Shown here piece after piece: positions 59,919 through 64,000 of a stretch of 64,000 bases of DNA. How positions within the stretch are numbered: position 1 is the stretch's first letter; each line of letters opens with the position of its first letter. Below the pieces are notes generated by a model. That model made no database searches and was not told the origin of the DNA. It saw only the letters and a list, made by a program, of their open reading frames with translations. Where the stretch lies: positions 907 to 64,906 of the forward strand of contig DASZEM010000010.1 in assembly GCA_035940855.1 (NCBI GenBank), given 5' to 3'. The translations under genes and the position numbers were made by a program. Source of the stretch: Thermoanaerobaculia bacterium. GTDB taxonomy: Bacteria > Acidobacteriota > Thermoanaerobaculia > Multivoradales > UBA5704.

Positions 59919-61721
59919 ATGGCCAACAGAACCCTGTCCTCTCTCTTCCGCCTGATCGCTCTCCTCGTCCTGACCGCCTTCCCGGCCGCCGCCCAGGCGC
60001 CCGGCGGCTTTCTCGAAAAGGCGACTTCGACCGCGGTCCGGCCGCGCCTGACACCCGCGCAGATCCAATCGTTCCTGCCCGCCCGCGGCGCCTTCACCTT
60101 CCCCGCTCCGTACAACACCCGCGGCATCCGCCTGACCAACGCCAGCGATTGCGGCGGCACGGACTGCGTCAACTACGTCGGCTATTCCTATTGGCGGAAC
60201 ATCAACAATCACGCCGGCGGCAGTGATCTCTACGTGTTCCTGGGATTGTCCGGTGCCGGCGGGACGGGGCCGACGCTCTTCCGGGTGAACAAGGCGACGG
60301 GCGCCGTCACCAACCTCGGGCCGCTCTTCGATCCGGCCAGCCCGTTCTATTACGCGAGCGCCGAGGGCTGGTACTGGAGCGCCTCCCAACCCTCGAAGAT
60401 CTACGTCACGGACAATTTCGGTCCCCGGCTCTATCGTTACGACGCCTTCACTCATCAATTCACTCAGGTATTCGACGTTTCGGCGCAGTTCGGCAGTGAC
60501 AAGTACATCTGGCAGGCCCATTCTTCCGACGACGACCGGGTCCATTCCGTGACCTTGCGCGACAAGAACACCTACGAGATGCTGGGCTGCCTGGTCTATC
60601 GCGAGGACACCGCGCGGTTCTCCTGGTTCCCCAAGGTGGGCGACTTTGACGAATGCCACGTGGACAAGAGCGGCCGCTGGCTGGTCTCGTTCGAGGATCT
60701 GGACGGGCTCTACGGCCTGGAAAACCGGATCATCGACCTCCAGACCATGACGGAGCGGCGGATCTTCGACCAGGACGGCGCCGCCGGCCACATGGACACC
60801 GGTTTCGGATACATGGCCGGCCAGGACAACTGGAACAGCCTGCCCAACGCCGTGCGGCTCTACCGGTTCGATCAGACGCCGATCGCCGGTCCCGTCGTCT
60901 ATCACGACAGCGACTGGTCCGCTCTGTCGGCCAACCACGTGGCCCATGGCAACGCCAAGCCGGGCGTGCCGCTCTCTCAGCAGTTCGCCTGCGGCAGCGG
61001 CGCGACGCGCAACAACGTCCCGCGCGGCAACGAGCTCGTCTGCTTCAAGCTCGACACCTCGCTGGACGTCCTCGTGGTGGCTCCCACCATGATCGATCTC
61101 GACGCTCCGGGCGGCGGGGACGACTATGGCAAGTCCCCCAAGGCCAACCTGGACGTGACGGGCCGGTACATGATCTGGACCAGCAACCTGGGCGGCAACC
61201 GGCTGGACGCCTTCCTGGTCGAAGTCCCCTATGAGCTCCTGACCGGCGGGACGGCGGGTGGCGGCGGCAGCGTCGTCTGGACGAGCCTGGTGAACGCCAC
61301 GGCCTCGGGCGGATCGCTCCAGAAGTCCGGGGGCTGCGACGGTTGTGACGACGCCGGAGCGGTCTCGCAGCAGCAGATCGCTTCTGGCAACGGCGCCGTC
61401 CTGTTCACGGCCACCGAGACGGACAAGCTCCGCTACGTGGGCCTGAGCCACGGCAACACGGACACGAGAGCCGGGGACATCGACTTCGCCATCCGCCTCG
61501 GAAGCGGCTACGCCGAGGTGCGGGAGAACAACGTCTACCGGGCCGACACGCCGCTCGCGTCCGGCGACCGCTTCAAGGTGGCGGTCGAGGGGGGCGTCGT
61601 CAAGTACTACAAGAACGGCGTGCTCTTCTACACCAGCACGGTGGCGCCGACCTATCCGCTCCTGGTCGACGCCTCGCTCCTCTCGGCGGGGTCGACGGTG
61701 ACCAACGCGACGATCGAGTAG
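59919..61721 (+). CDS. secreted beta-propeller-like protein with C-terminal beta-sandwich domain
   Basis: Signal peptide; His/Asp-rich propeller-like core; GG linker, then VVWTSLVNAT.. domain. Confidence 0.7.
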   Translation: MANRTLSSLFRLIALLVLTAFPAAAQAPGGFLEKATSTAVRPRLTPAQIQSFLPARGAFTFPAPYNTRGIRLTNASDCGGTDCVNYVGYSYWRNINNHAGGSDLYVFLGLSGAGGTGPTLFRVNKATGAVTNLGPLFDPASPFYYASAEGWYWSASQPSKIYVTDNFGPRLYRYDAFTHQFTQVFDVSAQFGSDKYIWQAHSSDDDRVHSVTLRDKNTYEMLGCLVYREDTARFSWFPKVGDFDECHVDKSGRWLVSFEDLDGLYGLENRIIDLQTMTERRIFDQDGAAGHMDTGFGYMAGQDNWNSLPNAVRLYRFDQTPIAGPVVYHDSDWSALSANHVAHGNAKPGVPLSQQFACGSGATRNNVPRGNELVCFKLDTSLDVLVVAPTMIDLDAPGGGDDYGKSPKANLDVTGRYMIWTSNLGGNRLDAFLVEVPYELLTGGTAGGGGSVVWTSLVNATASGGSLQKSGGCDGCDDAGAVSQQQIASGNGAVLFTATETDKLRYVGLSHGNTDTRAGDIDFAIRLGSGYAEVRENNVYRADTPLASGDRFKVAVEGGVVKYYKNGVLFYTSTVAPTYPLLVDASLLSAGSTVTNATIE

Positions 61722-61748
61722 AGACGGTCGAATCGATATGATCCGCCG

Positions 61749-62615
61749 GTGCCGTCCCGACGACCTCTCTTCCTGATGGCCCTGTCGGCCGTCTGCTTCG
61801 CCGTCATGGCCCTGGCGGCGAAGCTCGCCTCGGCGGACCTCTCGGGCGGGCAGGTGGCGTTCCTGCGCTTCAGCTTCATGATGCTGCCGGTGCTCGCCGT
61901 GCCCTCCCTGGCGAGGAAGGCGCTGACGTTCCAGCGCCTGGACATCCTGTTCTACCGTGGCGTCTTCGGCGGCATCGCCGTGCTCCTGTATTTCCTCGCC
62001 ATCGCGCACATCCCGGTGGGGATCGCGACGCTGCTCAACTACTCCTCGCCCATCTTCAGCGTCGCCTTCGCCGCGCTCTTCCTGGGCGAGCGGGCCGACC
62101 GGCGGCTGGTCGTGCCGCTCGCCGCCGCCGTGACGGGCGTGGTGCTGGTCGTGCTCGGGGGAGGGGAAGACGCGGGGTTCCACCTGGGGATCTGGGAGGC
62201 CGTGGGGCTCGGCTCCTCGATCCTTTCCGGCGCCGCCGTCACGGCCATCCGCGCCGCCCGCCGCACGGAGGGCTCGTGGTCCATCTACGCCAGCCTGACG
62301 CTCTTCGGGCTCCTGGCGACCGCCCCTTTCGGGATCGCCGGGTTCCGGCCGCCGACCTCCCGGGAATGGCTGCTGCTGGCGACCGTGGGCGTCACCTCCG
62401 TGACCGCCCAGCTCCTGATGACCTACGCCTACCGCTGGGTGACCAACCTGCAGGCGGGCGTGATGACGCAGCTCACGGTGGTGCTGAGCATCCTCTTCGG
62501 CGCCGTGTTCCTGGGCGACCGGCTGGCGCCCGTCCAGATCCTGGGCAGCGCTCTCACCCTGGCCGGAGTCGTGGGCGTGATCTGGCTCCAGTCGACGCCG
62601 CGGGCGGTAGAGTAA
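61749..62615 (+). CDS. EamA/DMT family transporter
   Basis: 10 TM segments; LNYSSPIF..FLGER. Confidence 0.85.
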   Translation: MPSRRPLFLMALSAVCFAVMALAAKLASADLSGGQVAFLRFSFMMLPVLAVPSLARKALTFQRLDILFYRGVFGGIAVLLYFLAIAHIPVGIATLLNYSSPIFSVAFAALFLGERADRRLVVPLAAAVTGVVLVVLGGGEDAGFHLGIWEAVGLGSSILSGAAVTAIRAARRTEGSWSIYASLTLFGLLATAPFGIAGFRPPTSREWLLLATVGVTSVTAQLLMTYAYRWVTNLQAGVMTQLTVVLSILFGAVFLGDRLAPVQILGSALTLAGVVGVIWLQSTPRAVE

Positions 62616-62619
62616 AGCC

Positions 62620-63336
62620 ATGCGGCTCCTGGTGACCCCTGAGATCTTTGCCCTTTTTCCCGAGGCCGTGCTCGGCGTGGTCGTCGTTCACGGCATCGAC
62701 AACACCGGGGAGGATGGAAGCGTGCTCGCCGCTCTGCGCCGCGAAGAAGAACGGGCGCGCGAGGCGTTCGCCGGAGTATCGATCCCGGACCATCCCCGGA
62801 TCGCGCCCTGGCGGGAGGCCTACCGCCGGTTCGGCGCGAAACCGAAGGATTATCCCTCTTCGATCGAGAACCTCGTCCGCCGCGTCTCCAAGGGGCATTC
62901 CCTGCCGCACATCAACACGCTGGTGGATCTCTACAACACGATCTCCCTGCGCCGCCTTCTGCCCGCGGGCGGCGAGGACCTGGACCGGATCGAGGGCGAC
63001 GTCCTGCTCGCCGTCGCCGGAGCGGACGAGGCGCCCGTCCGCCTGCTGGGCGAGCCCGAGGAACGGGCGCCGCGCTCCGGCGAGGTGATCTACAAGGACG
63101 CCGTGGGCGCCCTCTGCCGCCGCTGGAACTGGAAGGAGACGGACCGCACCAAGCTGACGCCGGAGACCCGGAACGCCGTCCTGGTGCTCGAAGGGCTGCC
63201 GCCCGTGGGGCGGGCCGAGGTGGCCGAAGCCGCGGAAGAGCTGGCCGGCCTCGTGAGGGTCTATTGCGGCGGCGAGGTCCGGACGGCCCTCCTGGACCGC
63301 GGCGAGCCCGAGATCCAGATCGCCCCCAAGAAGTAA
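62620..63336 (+). CDS. stand-alone B3/4 (tRNA-editing-like) protein
   Basis: WREAYRRFG, SSIENL, INTLVDLYNTISL, GGEDLD, CRRWNWK. Confidence 0.85.
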   Translation: MRLLVTPEIFALFPEAVLGVVVVHGIDNTGEDGSVLAALRREEERAREAFAGVSIPDHPRIAPWREAYRRFGAKPKDYPSSIENLVRRVSKGHSLPHINTLVDLYNTISLRRLLPAGGEDLDRIEGDVLLAVAGADEAPVRLLGEPEERAPRSGEVIYKDAVGALCRRWNWKETDRTKLTPETRNAVLVLEGLPPVGRAEVAEAAEELAGLVRVYCGGEVRTALLDRGEPEIQIAPKK

Positions 63337-63400
63337 AAGACACGGCTAGACAGAACCTCGGGAACGGCGTATCGTTCCCCGCGTTCCTTCTTTCCGTGCC

Positions 63401-64000
63401 GTGCTCTTCTACGCCGACCTTCACGTCCACTCCAAGTACTCCCGGGCCACGAGCCGGGATTGCGACCTGGAGCATCTGGCCCTCTGGGCGCGCCGGAAGG
63501 GGATCACCGTCGTCGGGACCGGCGATTTCACCCATCCGGCCTGGTTCGAGGAGATCCGGACGAAGCTCGTCCCCGCCGAGCCGGGCCTCTTCCGGCTCCG
63601 GCCCGAGATCGAGCGGGAGTTGGAGCGGCGCCTGCCTCCGTCCTGCCACGGGCCGGTCCGGTTCCTCCTGGAAGTCGAGATCTCGACGATCTACAAGAAG
63701 GGCGACCGCACCCGCAAGATCCACCACCTGATCTACGCCTCGAACCTGGAGACGGCGGGGCGCATCCGCGAGCGGCTGGGCGCGATCGGCAACATCTCCT
63801 CGGACGGCCGGCCCATCCTGGGGCTCGATTCGCGCCACCTGCTGGAGATCACGCTGACGAGCGGGCCGGACGCCTATCTGATCCCCGCCCACGTCTGGAC
63901 GCCCTGGTTCGCCGTGCTGGGCTCGAAGTCGGGCTTCGATTCCGTCGAAGAGTGCTACGGCGATCTCGCTCCTCACATCTTCGCCGTCGAGACGGGCCTC
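63401..64000 (+). CDS. PHP/endonuclease Q-like N-terminal domain (often fused to UvrD), 3'-truncated by window edge
   Basis: YADLHVHSKYSRATS, GTGDFTHP, SDGRPILG, PAHVWTPWF; missing from the ORF track because it has no stop in the window. Confidence 0.85.
   Translation, partial: MLFYADLHVHSKYSRATSRDCDLEHLALWARRKGITVVGTGDFTHPAWFEEIRTKLVPAEPGLFRLRPEIERELERRLPPSCHGPVRFLLEVEISTIYKKGDRTRKIHHLIYASNLETAGRIRERLGAIGNISSDGRPILGLDSRHLLEITLTSGPDAYLIPAHVWTPWFAVLGSKSGFDSVEECYGDLAPHIFAVETGL

Overview
High-GC bacterial chromosomal window. The family content (ELWxxDGT/SLH, CSLREA, 'TLLIPYFEVDL' secreted proteins, DPxG peptide + TPR) suggests Acidobacteriota/Thermoanaerobaculia; this is an inference. Bases 1-10.6 kb are housekeeping-like: nadA-nadB-nadC, lipA, EamA, GNAT + BoxB-like di-iron protein, proline dehydrogenase and an FHA-GGDEF cyclase. 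Bases ~10.7-62 kb form a mosaic accessory region. It holds secreted proteins, MarR-arsM, a split selenocysteine formate-dehydrogenase-like operon (in-frame UGA + SECIS), a MacAB-type ABC exporter, lodA/goxA and lodB-like genes separated by a LamG-Kazal gene, two type II TA pairs and an orphan lanthipeptide-like precursor. There are many gene remnants, several consisting only of a gene's 5' and 3' ends joined together. The best candidate for a new system (39.3-42.0 kb) is three co-oriented genes: a signal-less subtilase, a stand-alone propeptide-like inhibitor, and an S1/P1 nuclease whose metal-binding N-terminus is masked by a 93-aa pro-domain. This reads as a possible protease-activated nuclease. 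The second candidate (32.9-34.7 kb) is a secreted DPxG-repeat peptide followed by a zinc-finger/TPR protein, resembling a peptide-receptor pair. No rRNA, tRNA, CRISPR array, integrase or transposase was recognised. All product calls come from motif recognition by eye, not from database searches.
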